A stretch of DNA of 64,000 bases from Octopus bimaculoides (GCF_001194135.2 NC_069007.1:1-64000); one strand, 5' to 3'. Positions 49,982-63,345 are shown, numbered from the stretch's first letter. Notes: a model not told the origin generated them from the letters alone. Numbers and translations are program-made.

Positions 49982-50018
49982 CTGGGACAGCATTAAAGTT
50001 AATATATCATAGCGTTGC
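49982..50018 (-). CDS. Ankyrin-RING gene 37-nt micro-exon
   Basis: Strong polypyrimidine tract + TTTCAG acceptor, GTCAGT donor; encodes (W)QRYDILTLMLSQ and restores the frame (phase 2 to 0). Confidence 0.8.
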
Positions 50019-50957
50019 CTGAAAATTATAGAGAGAGGAAAGAAAATAAATAAAAAAAAACATCCTCTGAGATTGAGATAATTAATAATTATTAGGTCAT
50101 TAATTCATGAAAACTAAAGCAGTTAGGTTAGCAAAACCCAATTATATCAGTAATTCTATAGACACAGGCACACATATACAGTCGATGATACACATTGATA
50201 CCCGAGTGAACACAATGTATATATATATATATATACACCATTGTACCATATATATATATATATATATATATATGGTACAATGAACAGCTGTCATACAGAC
50301 ATGAATTTTACAAGGGGAAGAAGCACTTAGTTGATTATATAGACCCCAGAACATGACTGGTATTGTATTTTATCAACCTTGCAAAGGAGAAAAGCCAAGG
50401 AAACCTCAGCAAGATTTGAACCCAGATTGTAAAGAGTCATAAATAAATACCACAAGGTATTTAGCTCAACAGTAATAAGACACAAGAACAGGAGACATGG
50501 GGGATAGTTTATTAATTGAACTCCTGGATATTACTAGCACAGATTATATCGGCCCTAGAGTTACAATAGATTCTCTGGTAGGATTTGAACTTGGAACATA
50601 AAGAAACAAAAGTAAATACTTAGAGATTCTGTATTTAGCCCAGGGTCAGAGGAAAGAGGATGCCTATAAGAGAGGGAGGGAAAGAGAGAGAGAGGGGGGG
50701 AGTGAAAGGAAGAAAAAAGGGGCTTTGAACGTGTAACGAGGTTAACAGAGGATGAGATGAAGTAAAGAATCTAATCAGGTAACAACAACAACAATGATTA
50801 TGGTGATGGTTAATTAATGTTAATTACAGTGTCTGAAAAGTGTGAAAGAGAGTAGAAAGGTGACTCCATGAGGGATTATGACATAATTAAAACAAACAGT
50901 ATTGAAAAGATGATAAAAGAAACAGATTTGGAATGTTCTGAATCAATGGGAACTTAC

Positions 50958-51418
50958 CATAGAACTGCCACATGTAGGGGTGTGTTACCGGCATTGTCCA
51001 CGACATGGACATCAGGCTTAGAGAGCAACAGTAATAAGTGAACAATGTCTGTGTGTCCACCAAGACAAGCCCAGTGTAGAGGTGTGTAACCATATTTAAT
51101 ATCCCCAACATTAACAGCAGGGTCAGGCATCTGTAGTAATAGGTGAACAATGTCTGTGTGTCCACCACGACAGGCCCAATGTAGAGGTGTGTAACCATTG
51201 ATATTACCCACATTTGCAACAGAGTTGCACTGCAGTAACAAGTAGACAATGTCTGTTTGTCCACCACGGCAGGCCAGGTGTAGAGGTGTGTCGCCTTTAT
51301 TGTCCATCATGTTGACATCAATGTAAGACTGCTGCAGTAATTGATGAATGATGTCTATGTGTCCCCAATGACAAGCCAGATGTAGAGGTGTGTCACCATT
51401 GCTATTTTGTAGATTGAT
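50958..51418 (-). CDS. Ankyrin-RING gene exon (multiple ankyrin repeats)
   Basis: Repeated GDTPLHLAC / GYTPLHWAC..GHTDIVHLLL; TTTCTTCAG acceptor, GTAAGT donor; phases 0/2. Confidence 0.92.
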
Positions 51419-51814
51419 CTGAAGAAATAAACAAACAACGAACACTTTCAAAAATGGTGTCTAGACTGAGAACTGCATTTTCTTGCATAAGATTAACTTC
51501 GTTCAACTAGTTTCTGCAATTTGATTCCATGTATTATCATCAAAAGAAAAATTAAATATATTTTTATGTAGCAAATGTATAGATCTTGTAGTTACTCTCG
51601 CATCTCTGTGTGAACTCTTGTGTTAACATAACACACAGCCACATCAAACGCATTGTACTATCTATATATGACACGACAGGTGGAATGATGGTGTGGCGAT
51701 TAATTCAATGAAGTTTATATTGTGTTCATACACACACATATATGATCAACAACTAAATGGACAGACACAGCTACAGAATATGTGTGTATGTGTGTACGCT
51801 GTACATTAAATCTG

Positions 51815-52215
51815 GCTCATCAATCATGGCTGAAGTATACTGCAGCCAACTGGACCAAATGATGCAGAAACTTACAAAATAACAGACTAGATTAGTCAAC
51901 AGATCCACTCCTATTTTATTGCAGGACAATGCCAGACCACACATTGCAAAAATGACACTGGCAAAACTACAGGAGTTGGAAGTTCTCCATCGTCCACCAC
52001 ACTCACCTGATCTTGCCCCCACTATCACTTTATCCAGAATTTGGATAACTTTTCGATAGCAAAAAAAATTTAATTCCAACGATGCTGTAAAACAGGCCTT
52101 CCAAGATTTTATCGACTCTAGATTGCCAGGCTTTTACAGTTATGGGCTAGACATGCTACCGCTCAAATGGCAAAAGTGTTTCCATAATATGTGTGCATAC
52201 TTTTATGGATAAAAC
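51815..52215 (+). mobile_element. Mariner transposase 3' remnant (intronic)
   Basis: AEVYCSQLDQM..PILLQDNARPHIAKMT..HRPPHSPDLAP. Confidence 0.85.
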
Positions 52216-52293
52216 TATTTCTTGTATTTATAAAACAACAGCAAACTTTTTTCCTACAAATTTCATACTTGACGACCTAATATATTTATTAAC

Positions 52294-52453
52294 CTGTAAA
52301 ATGTATTTTCCACGGGTATTTAATATAACTTCTAACACATCTTTCCAGTCCTTCTCCTTCACCACCCGATGGAGAGGACTGTTGCCTCGGAAATTCTGGC
52401 TGTTGACATTAGCTCGCCTGGAAATCATGAGGGCCACAGCATCACGTTGGTGG
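52294..52453 (-). CDS. Ankyrin-RING gene exon
   Basis: HQRDAVALMISRRANVNSQNFRGNSPLHRVV; CTTTCAG acceptor, CAG|GTTAAT donor; phases 2/0 fit the neighbours. Confidence 0.82.
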
Positions 52454-53284
52454 CTGAAAGTAAAAAAAAATAAATAAACATTACAGACATTGGCAAAATA
52501 ATTACATTAAATATACACAGATGTTCAGTACTTAAAAATTAAACATACAAAAGAGCTATATGTATGCACCACCATTTAATGTCTACTTTCCATGCTGGGG
52601 CCAGGATGGCTTGAAAGGAAGTGAATTGGTAAGCTTCGGGGCTGCAGTGAACTCAAATGCCATCTTTAGCATAGTTTCTATGGTTGGACGCCCTTCCTAA
52701 TGCCAATCATTTTACGAAGTGTATTGGGTGCTTTTTACATGCCACTGGCACAAGTGAAATTGCCATGTAACTTGCAAGAGAGAAAAAGAGAAGACAGGGA
52801 TAAAGCCCCCCACATCTAAGAGGAAGTATTTGGGATGGGAAGGTGGAGGTGTTGAAAGGCTAAAGTATGAGAGAAGGACAAGCACAGGTATCTTGTGATA
52901 CCTGGCTAAAAACGATGAGAGGAAGTTAGGGAAAGGGTGATAGTGCAAATCTCTCAAGGAAGAAGGTGAGCTTAAGAGAGGACATGGTCAGTGGGACATG
53001 GGAGGGGATGAGAGTGAATGCTTTCATAACAATGAACACGCGGAGGTTGGGGGTCAATGAAGTGAAGGATAAGGAAGGGTGGGAGGGTAGGTAATGCGGA
53101 AATCCCATTATGAAGAGTGACTCAGAAAGGAAAATTGAACAAAAAGTAGTAGAATTATGAGCAAGGTATAAGAGCAGTGGAGAAGGATACAGAAGGATAC
53201 ATAAGGGGCCAGTTGGTAGGGTATAATTATAGACATATGAGGGTATTGAGAATGAAAGTAGATAGAAGTGTTTGGAATGGAATA

Positions 53285-53321
<37 letters not shown>

Positions 53322-53539
53322 GTGATTGCCTAAAACAGAGTAGGGCAGGGAAGATGAGGAATGGAAGTGGTTTGGATGGGGTCTGGGCGTTTCTGATATG
53401 AGCTGATTCTGCTCTCAGGTGATAACAACAGCCATCATAGCACCATACCTAGTGGGATCAGGGGGTATGGAAATGAAGGGATGCATGATGTCAGAGAGAA
53501 AAGGGAGGGACAGGTATTCCCATATACAAGCGTAAATGA

Positions 53540-55060
53540 GTGGTTTTAGGATCTCATTATTTGTTGTAGTGGACGGGTTTTCTCAAGCAGAGCAAAATGC
53601 CAATCATCTTGGTCCTTTGTCACCACCTCTGCAAAGGGCTCTGTATCTAGAGACCAGCCTTCAATTCTTTATCTCATGTCTGTGTAGTCTTCTCTCTTGT
53701 ATTCTACATTTGATCCCTCTTATGCCTAACTTTTTGCCAACACATTTGCAGTCGTACAGGCATACTAACATTGCACATCCAGCAGAGCACTACTAGTTTC
53801 ATTCTTTTCTTGTCTTTGTCCTCTATATTCAGGGTTCACATCTCACTACCATGTAGCATTGCTGCATGTATACAAGCATCATACAATCTTCCTTTCACTT
53901 GGTGAGAGAGAAAGGGACTGTTTGTTGCCAGCAGAGGTACTAGTTCTCTCAACATTCTCCATCCTATTCTTATTCTAGTGACTATAATTTCTAAACAACC
54001 TCCTCCACCACTAATTTAAAAAGCCTTTAGGGCATTTGAGAAAAATCAATTTCCCATGCATCCTTCAACTATATGATACCTGTGCATCTTCCACATACAT
54101 ACACTACTTTCTCTATTAACCTTGCTCCAATTCCACTCTGCCATTTGTGAGTCTGTAGCTTGCACCGGGTACACCATATGGAATCACTGCCTATCCCTCC
54201 TTTCCTATACATTGAGAAGGGCAGGGCCCTGTTTGATTTCTTGCTGACTACAACCTTGGTCTTTGCTAAGTTAACTTTAATTCCAGTCTTTGCTTCCACA
54301 TTTTGTTTTCTAATTCTATTAAAGATTCCACTATGAGAGTTAGACCATCAGCATAAAGCAGTTTCTAGGAGCAGCCAGCCTTAAGTTCCCATTATAGCTT
54401 GGAGGGAAATGATGATGAACAGAAGGGACCAGAGGACCATGCCCTGGTGAAAGTCTACCTGCACACTACCCATGGTTAACTCTTGCCTTGCAGCGCTCAT
54501 GGGTACGGTTTGCTCAGCTTTCGCAATACATTCATCTATTCTTAGCTTCCTCAGAGACCACCATATCACAGAGCAAAGGACTCTGTCAAAGGTCAACAGA
54601 TACCAAATATAATGGTCTACAATTGTCTAAGAAGACAGCACTGGTAGTACTTCTACCCAGTACAAAACTGACCTGCATCTCATCTATTTTAATTCTGTTC
54701 CTAATTAATTGGGCTATAACTCTCTCCATATGACCTGGTCCAACAATTTGATAAGCCTTGAATTACTTCTGTCTAAGGCATCTCTTTTACCTTTGTGGCA
54801 GCTGACTATAATCTGATTAACTCCATGGGTGATTGAACCACATACAACTCCACCAGAGGTTTTAAATGTTTCACTGGTAATTCCAAACGGTTCAGAAGTA
54901 ATTCCAGTCATCATATCCATTAACTGCCCTTCTCTCTCTCGCTTTCCAGGTGAGCAAGCCATGTATTCACTTCTTCAGCAAGACACCTGCTCCTCTTCCT
55001 CCATCATAGTTCCTTATTTCCCCAGTCTATACCTCATTCAGGTGATGGGTCTTATTCTGC
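53540..55060 (-). mobile_element. Decayed RTE LINE (intronic)
   Basis: KGKRDALDRSNSRLIKLLDQV, WSLRKLRIDE, GIKVNLAKTKV and VKGRLYDACIHAAMLHGSE. Confidence 0.85.
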
Positions 55061-56261
55061 AGGTACCTGACAACATCACCAATGTTGGCACCATGTAAAA
55101 AACACCCAGTACACTGTTAAGTGGTCGGCATTAGAAAAAGCATCCAGCTGCTCTTGTCAAATTGTCCAACCCATGCCAGCTTGGAAAGAAGAATGCTAAA
55201 TGATAATGATGATGATGTATGTACATACACATGTGTATATATATGTGTGTGTGTGTGTGTGTGTATCTATATGTAGGTCTCTAAACTCTCTGAGTGGTTG
55301 GCGTTAGGAAGGGCATCCAGCTGTAGAAACTCTGCCAAATTAGATTGGAGCCTGGTGTAGCCATCTGGTTTCACCAGTCCTCAGTCAAATCGTCCAACCC
55401 ATGCTAGCATGGAAAGCGGACGTTAAACGATGATGATGATGATGATATGTGGAGGTGCATGGTTTCTTTGTTAGAGTATTTGGGTGACTATTGTAAAATT
55501 TTGAGTTTCATTTCCAGTGGCACACTGTGCCTCTGAGCAAGACACTTTGTTTCACATTGCTCCAATCCACTTGGCCTTGATAGGAACAGTCATCTGTAAC
55601 ATAATAGATAACAACAATAATATTTGTTTTACAGTTTTGCACCAGGGCAGCAGTGTAAGGGGGAAGGGTTAGGGTTAGGGTTTTAATCATTTACATCGAC
55701 CCACCTGTATTTCACTGATTCTTTGTTTTATTGATCCTGAAAAGGTGAAAGGCAAAGTTGATCCAGTGAACTATTTTAACTCGACTAACAACAATAATGA
55801 ATAATGTATTTTTCATAAGAATTTACTCATTCATTTCAGTTGTTTACGATAAACGAAATTATTTTCATACCATTTCTCGACATATCGATGGCAAGCTGAC
55901 AGACTCCTTCGCACGTCAGACAAAATGCTTTCCTCTGGCATTTTGTTCATTTTTATGTTCTGAGTTCAAATTCAATTGACTTATGATCGACTTTGTCTTT
56001 TAATCCTTTTGAGGTTGATAAAATAAGTACTAGTTGAACAGTGGGGGGTCAATGTAATCAATAAACCCCCTTCCCCCAAATTTCAGGCTTTGTACCTATA
56101 GCAGAAAAAAGAAAAACATCCCAGCCCCTAATAATTTTTATTTCTTTCAAAGAACGGGTATAACGATTCTGATACTTTTTGTTTTAATTTCACGACTAAG
56201 ATGCCTGTAAGAAGGTTTGAAACAAAATGGATCTGAAAATTTTAGTTAATTGTGAACTTAC

Positions 56262-56413
56262 TTAGTCACAGCATAATGTAAAGCTGCATTACCACCTTTG
56301 TCACTCATGTCTAACTCAGCTCCAGCATCAATCAACAAATTTATTAAATCCGTGTTGCCTTGTTGACAAGCAACCATCAGGTACGTCAGGCCCCATGAGT
56401 TTGTTTGGTTGAT
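56262..56413 (-). CDS. Ankyrin-RING gene, most 5' exon identified
   Basis: INQTNSWGLTYLMVACQQGNTDLINLLIDAGAELDMSDKGGNAALHYAVT; ATTTCAG acceptor, GTAAGT donor. It starts in phase 0, so at least one upstream coding exon is unidentified. Confidence 0.88.
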
Positions 56414-56759
56414 CTGAAATGAAGATAACGAAGCCATTTCAAATATATTAAGGGAGAGAGAGTAGAGAAAGTGTGAGTAAGGAAGATGCATGGTTGAGAA
56501 AAGAGGGATGTGAAAAAGAGGGATGGGGGAAGAAGAAAACTATAGAAACCATGTTAAAGGAGACAGCAGACCTTGGTGCAGTCTTTTGATTTGCAAGTTT
56601 GTGCTGAACCAGTCAACCGATACCAGCATGGTAAACGGTCCCAATTGTTTCCTAGCTATTCAATTGAAGCCATGTAAGCTTCAGTTGAAACCACATCAGA
56701 TTCTTTAGCAGAGTTTATTTGCAAAGAAAGAGATGCAAAAGCCGCCATACCAATGATGT

Positions 56760-57730
56760 TCTTTGATTTTACAGTTTTGATGTTATGTTCACTAGCTTCT
56801 CACTGATGGAAGTCTTCTCAATGCTACCATTATCAATTAATGCTTCGGCTTTGTAAGTCTTGTTCAGGATAACCATGGAAGTGACACGGAATGGTGAACC
56901 TGCTGATACTGCCAAACGTAGATCATATTTATCATCTTTATGTGTCACAATTGCTGAGTTGTTCCTACAAAGTTTTCCAAAATGTCCTATTTTGGGGAGT
57001 ATTTGTGGTAGACTCTGCTTCCCATGCAGGAGAACAAACTCCATGGGTGTCTGGAATAGCCACAAAACCAACACTGAGAGGCTTTTCCGTTTTGGATCAC
57101 AGCAGACCATTCTTCTTCCGGCTTTGGGAATCAATCGTCTTGGCCATGACCAGTGCCGTTGGGCTGAAGGTGGCACACTCAGAATTTGACAAAACTCAGG
57201 AACTCTGTTGTGCCACCTCTAGCAGACATGCTTCGTCATAAGCTGTGCTGAGGTTGGCAGTTTTGTTTTCTAACAGTCTTTATCTTATCCGATTCAAAAT
57301 TAGTCCATTTCTAAACACATCTCTAAACATTTCCGACCGGTTCTGCTCAGCACTCGCTGCAAGTATTTTGAGTTCATTTCAGAACTGGTCGGGAGATTCT
57401 CCTGCTTTCTGTCTTCTTGTGGTCAAAAGATGGCATACCATTATGATGTTCTTTCGTTTAATATACACAATATTCAGTGTATTTACAGCTTCTTTACAGT
57501 CCTGAGCTTCACTCATGAATTCGTATGCATTCAGTTCCACATCATCAAAAGATTGAATTTATTCATAATACTACCTTCCTGTCCTGGTAGTGAGTGTATA
57601 AAGTTGGTGAAACTTCTAAACCAATGATTAAAAGCCTTGTCAGCAATTGTGGAGTTTGGGTCAACATTCAATCTGTTTGCTTTCAAGTATCTTTTCATAT
57701 CTGGTATCCTTCCCAATTTGTACCCGTCTT
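56760..57730 (-). mobile_element. Ty3/Gypsy-like LTR retrotransposon gag-protease remnant
   Basis: NRLNVDPNSTIADKAFNHWFRSFTNF (gag N-terminus), RLLENKTANLSTAYD, CWFCGYSRHP..GHFGKLC (Zn knuckles, frameshifted), and ALIDNGS (protease DSG-like). Confidence 0.75.
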
Positions 57731-57899
57731 TTCATTAATTTTGTTCTCTATCGATTATTCAACGACTTCTTCAAAATTAGTTTCTTTGATTGTTATGAAT
57801 GACCAGTAATTCTTGGTTCACACATAATCCAAAACAGCAAAGTGTCATATAGTGCTATCCATGATATTCTTGATTAAATGTATGTTATTCAAAATGGCT

Positions 57900-59110
57900 A
57901 CTCGCTCTCCCTGGTCATCAAATGGACATGCCTTTCATGTCAATGGGGAAATCACTGAAATCATAGCACAATTTGCATAACAGTCTAGTAAGCAGATGCG
58001 CAACACAGCTTTTATCACATTATGACTGGTCTTGAAGCAACTGCTTCACCATACAAAGATCGATGGTTCTGTATCTTGACTTTGTAAAGGTAGATCATGG
58101 CATTATATGTCATAAGCTGCAAGATTTTGGCTTGGTTAGTAAACTAAGAGAGTGGCTACACGGTTTCTTAAAATATAGAAGTCTGACAGTTGCAACCAAT
58201 AGTGCCCTCACTGGAGAAAGACAATTTCTGAGTACCCCAGGGAACTGTCCTATAGCAGCTTACAGTAGCTCTCTTCGACATGCCCATGCTTACTTAGACA
58301 GCTGTCCCTACCTATGCTGACAATACAAAATTATCACATGCAATATAGAGACCCGGTGATGTCCCAAGCTTGGAACAGGACCTAAATGCAATATTCAAGG
58401 GAACTGAAGAAAACAACAGGCAGGTTAATGCTAGAAAATTTCAAGCACTGTGTGATCAGCTCACAAATACACAACATTCTGTGTATATCGGACCCAAGGG
58501 CAATGAGATTCCTAAAGTCACAGGCGGTGAGAAACTTATGTGCAATGATACATCATTTCATGCACACATTATGAAGACAGCAACAAAGTATAGAAAATTG
58601 GCAGGATGGATACTAATGTGCCTCAGGACGAGAGACCAAGACATCAGGTTGATCCCAGGGAAAGCTTTTGTCCTCAGTTGCCTTGATTACTGCTCCCAGC
58701 TGTGGTCACCACATAGTGTCAAACTAACAGCAAAGCTTAAAGCAATTCAATGCTACTCCAAAAAATGTTTTCCACACTACTTGGGTAGGCTGGAAAAAAA
58801 TTATGAATCTATTCTCTGAAGTGAAGATGAGAGAGATATGTAATAGTTTACATGTAGAAAATTCAGGAAGGACAAATAGCTAATGTCAACATCAAGAATT
58901 ATGCAAATGACCATACTGTACATCATTGTGTAATACCAAAATTACCATCCAAAATATGGATGAGGTACTGCAATAGCTTGACATTCAAAGATCCACAGCT
59001 CTTTAATGCTGTGCAAAAAGAATTGAGAAACCTAGCCAATGTGGATGTCTCCTGAAAGAAACTGGGCATTCTCCAATCCATGACACCAGAGGAATTAACA
59101 TCTTGGCATG
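57900..59110 (+). mobile_element. CR1-like LINE RT remnant
   Basis: LYLDF..KVDHGIICHKL, PQGTVL, YADNTKL and AFVLSCLDYCSQLWSP. Confidence 0.82.
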
Positions 59111-60609
59111 AAGTCCAGTGCTTCTCCGAACCCTTTTTTTTTTAAGTATGGTCCCTTTTCTTTTATTAACAAGTTTTCAAATACATCTTTCTTTGCTATG
59201 ATTCAATTTTAATGTACAAACATCAGGTGAGAGTAATTTAGTTCTAGATACTAGCCTTAACAGGGACGACCACTCACCATAGCAGCCCCCCCCCCCCAAC
59301 AGTAAGTGAATATTTGATGCCTCATCGCTTCACTGTAGTTACTGATCCAAACTTTAGTACATTGCTTCAGCCAAACTCAAGGACACATTCTTTATGTTTT
59401 ATATATTTATACCTCTGTTGGCTCCTTAGTCCTCAGTATCCATAGAAAATTTTCCACAGCCCCTACCTAGGGGTGATGTTACCCTCTCTGAGAAGCCCTG
59501 CTCTATATTCTTGCAGTGTCTCATCAGTTGACTACTGGCCTGCTATTCTAACTTCCAATATTTCAATTATGAAGTGAAGAAACTATAAACAACCACCATC
59601 TTTATGCCTTTGGGTATCTTTCTCTAATCAGTGAGCACCGGTACAGTTCTATAAAGCCAGATCAAGTGGGAAGTTTCATTCCTGTGTGACACACCAGTAT
59701 TTTCATATGTTTGACAACTTGTGCAAAAAATGGTGTAGCCCTTCAAATCAGTAAAACCTTTGCCTATGTGTGGTAAGAGAACTTCTTGACAGAATCACAC
59801 CCATCTTTTGACTTCACCTATCTCTCATCTCTTGAGCTGAATATTTCCTGTCAGAATACTCCAATGCAATGTGTGATGAGGGGCTTCTCTGTCACTCACA
59901 TTCCTCAAGGTTTGGTTAAGCATTTATGAAAACTGACAGTGATGTGGATTAGACAAAAGAGATGAAGAAAGAAATAAAATATCATGGACAAATGCATGTG
60001 GTTAGGTAGGAACATTTAATCTTGTGTAGAAAATATTAAACAGTCAAATTTGTGAAGGCAATAAACAGGACAACTTACTTTATCTGGATTTTCTTTAAGA
60101 AATGTTTTAATATAGTGAATGTCACCTTGCTTAATTTTCTCTGTAATCTTATAAACCTCCATGTTTTTTAATGAAAGATACTAAAAAAGAAAGGAACAAA
60201 AATAGTTTAAAAAAAGAAAAAAAACTTATAAAATGAAGCCAACAGCAATACACAAATGATGGTTCTAAAACCTCAAACAATGACAAATATTAGAAATTTC
60301 AGTTTATCTAAACTAATATTTATAGCTGAATGTTCTTCCTGGCACCAATAAACCTAACAGCAAGCGTTACATTGTGTCTCTAGGTTAGCTACCTTATTCT
60401 ACTTATTACAGTCTGGTTATTTACAATTAAACCCTAAATAGAAGAATGTATAGTCTGTCGATCAGCAAGGTAGACACTGTACACCTTGAGATATAGATCT
60501 GTGGATCATACCACATCAAGAAGAAGACATTGTAGATCTTGACTTATGGATCTGTGGATCATACCTCAGAGGAAGACACTACATCTTGAGCTATAAATGT
60601 GTAGATCAG

Positions 60610-60800
60610 TCCTCGTCAGTTAGTTGGAAAGTGAATTTGAATATGACAGCAGGACATAAGGCATGAGATCTTCATGAATGTATACTCCAACTCCACCATG
60701 TCTACTTTCTCTTCTGTCTGTTCCTAATACTTTGGCATGTGTATTTCCATATCTGCTATGTCAGATCTAAAATGCAGTTCCATGTATTGTACACATAGAA
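60610..60800 (-). mobile_element. CR1-like LINE endonuclease remnant
   Basis: ELHFRSDIADMEIHMPKY..TDRRESRHGGVGVYIHEDL..LLSYSNS resembles the APE endonuclease N-terminus. Confidence 0.6.
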
Positions 60801-60959
60801 CTTGATAGCATAAGCGACGTCAGCTCAAATGTTACATGAGCTTTTGTACCACGGATGAAAAAGATTTTTCTTCATCTGCTGCCCTTTTCACATCTGGGTG
60901 AAGTTGATTGTTTTAAGTGGGGTGCACTGTGTTTGCATATTATTTTTTAGGAGCAGATG

Positions 60960-61300
60960 AGGGCTGTACAAGCTTTGTACGAGGATGCTACCAATAAGGT
61001 GAGGGTGGGCAATGAATCTAGAGATAAGTAGATAGCTTCTGGTATCTAGATGAGCAGGTTAGTAGTGGAGGTTCAGAGAGTTCCTAGCCCTGCTGGCAAC
61101 AAAGGTGGCAGACGATAAAAACCATTGGATGATGAGACTTCAGGCTAATGTTCACCGGAAGGCTATTGCCTGTGGCTATTGGAAGCCATCGAGTCGTTGA
61201 TGGACATCAAAAGTGCTCGACTATGATTCTGCTGCTCATTGAGAGACTGTTAGAGGGGATGTGTCTGTAATACGTCCATTTTGCAAGTGGGCTGGAGAAT
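60960..61300 (+). mobile_element. RTE LINE fragments
   Basis: GGGCTGTACAAGCTTTGTACGAGGATGCT matches the RAVQAMY region of the 4.3 kb copy, followed by an RTE-like C-terminal segment. Confidence 0.6.
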
Positions 61301-61501
61301 CCAGTGGCTTATGCTGCTCAAACGGAAAGGTTCGCTTGCTTAACCTGCAAAACACTCCTCAGCCTTTCTGCTCTTTACTTCTGGGTCAACACCCTGATTT
61401 GCGCTTATAACAAGTTTCAGTCACAAACCCATTCATGAAGACTCCTATATGCCGACATTCTAAATTCAGGGCCAAACCTTATCATAGGATAGGCTCTATT
61501 C

Positions 61502-62215
61502 GGATCTCTCTGATTTGACGGGCACCACTTGTTTTCTTAACGAAACACTTTCAAACTTGGCATACTGGTAGAATGTGTCAAATAAAACATCTTTTTCTCT
61601 TAGCCTCTTTAACAAAAATTTCTTCTTAAGTTATTTCATGTTAAAGTTGTCGTATTTCTGTAATTTCAACCAATCACTGACGTCCATTCAGCTGAATACA
61701 GTTACTGCTCTTTTTATAAACAATAATTTTTACCGGTGTTAAGAGTGTTATTCTCTGTTTAATTATATCATTATTCCCTAGTAAGGGTTTAGAGTTAGGG
61801 TAGGGTTAGGGTTATGGCAAAAATAATCATAACCCTAAAACTAACCCTAACTCTAAAACCCGAACCCTAACCCTAAAGCTAAAACCAGTACAAACGCACG
61901 AACGATGTCATAAATAAAAGTACCACGGATAGTTGTTGACAAACAACGGTACTAATTTTATTCAAGGGAAAAAATCCCATGACACCGTTGCTTACATTCC
62001 ACGGCAGTGATTGTTTTCACCTCAATAGACGTCAGTGATTGGTTGAAATTACCGAAATACGACAATTTTTTACATGAAATAACTTCGAATACAAACATTT
62101 TTATCTGTTCTATAACACAAAATATACAAGTATACGAAGTTTGGAAGTGTTTCGGTACCAAAAACACTACATAAAACATAAATGAAAATTGTTGGCCGTC
62201 AAATCCAAAAAATAG
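61502..62215. mobile_element. Fold-back MITE with TTAGGG/CCCTAA core, copy 2 (inverted relative to copy 1)
   Basis: Collinear reverse complement of 10618-11312 with longer telomere-like tracts (61782-61875). Confidence 0.85.
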
Positions 62216-63345
62216 TGTAATAGATGTAAAACAACTTGCTTTGAAAGAATATCAAGAACACACACACACACATATATATAAATATGTGTGTGTGTGTGTG
62301 TGATGTGTGACGATGTGAATGTTCCGAGCCCCCCCCCCNNNNNNNNNNNNNNNNNNNNNNNNNNNNNNNNNNNNNNNNNNNNNNNNNNNNNNNNNNNNNN
62401 NNNNNNNGTTCGCGAGCGCGCGTTTTTTCTTCATATTCGTTGGCAGCAAGTTGTTTTACACCTATTAGAATATTTCATTGTTTTTATTTCCCACCGGGTC
62501 AAACCTTTTAGCTTTTTTTCTCTTCTTTTTGCTTACTACAGCCACTGTTAAGCATCGAAAGAAATCACGCTCTGTAGAATTGATGTAAATAAAGAGATGA
62601 CAAAAAAAGGATTAGTATCGAAAGATCGTCGAAAATTTCCTGACTCCCCCCCCCCTCAGAAAACAGCTATTATTAACATAGAAAGTAATTATACCTTAAT
62701 CCCTATTTTTGTAAGCAGTTATAACCGTAAAAATTTTAGTTGCAGAGAGCAGAAATTGAAAGAAGATATACAACATAGATGTGTGTGTGTTTACGATAAG
62801 TTGATTTATAGAAAAAATTGTTAAATGTTTGAAATGCAAATCTGTGAATGAAAAATAAAAATTCAGACATATACATGATAGATAGACCTGATAGAAATAG
62901 CAGCCAAATCTCCCTCAAAACACCCTACTGTATTAATGCAAGAATTCTGTGTTAATACATTAATAATTGCTTTAACAGAAAATGAACCTGTAATGTAAAT
63001 ATGGAATAAATAATTGTTATACGCTTATATAAATCTGAGATGTACCTGTTGAAGGTTAAAATGTAAGAGATGTTATTTTCAATGCGTGCATAAACATAAA
63101 GTGTCTGCTTCTGTATTTTTAACATGAATTTGTTCTGTCAATAAATGACCGGACGGAAGAAGATACGGGTACAGCTAACGAAGAGTGGACCCCAACGCGC
63201 ACCCGCGCAAGCTAGTCGTGAGTAGTCGATCCCACAAGTGCGAGTGCGTGTATGCAAATGAATACATGTGCGCGCGCATGCAAATTATTACATGCGCGCA
63301 TGCGCGCTCTTTTAACGGCTGAAATATATATATATGCATATACAT

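Noticed and set aside
52720-53480. Possible additional Penelope remnant (purine-rich on the plus strand)
   Set aside because: Only faint motif similarity; not supportable without alignment.
62536-62575. Possible upstream exon of the ankyrin gene (TTCTACAG...GTAAGC on the minus strand)
   Set aside because: Its ATG frame ends in phase 1, which does not match the phase-0 exon at 56413. It could be UTR, but that is unsupported.
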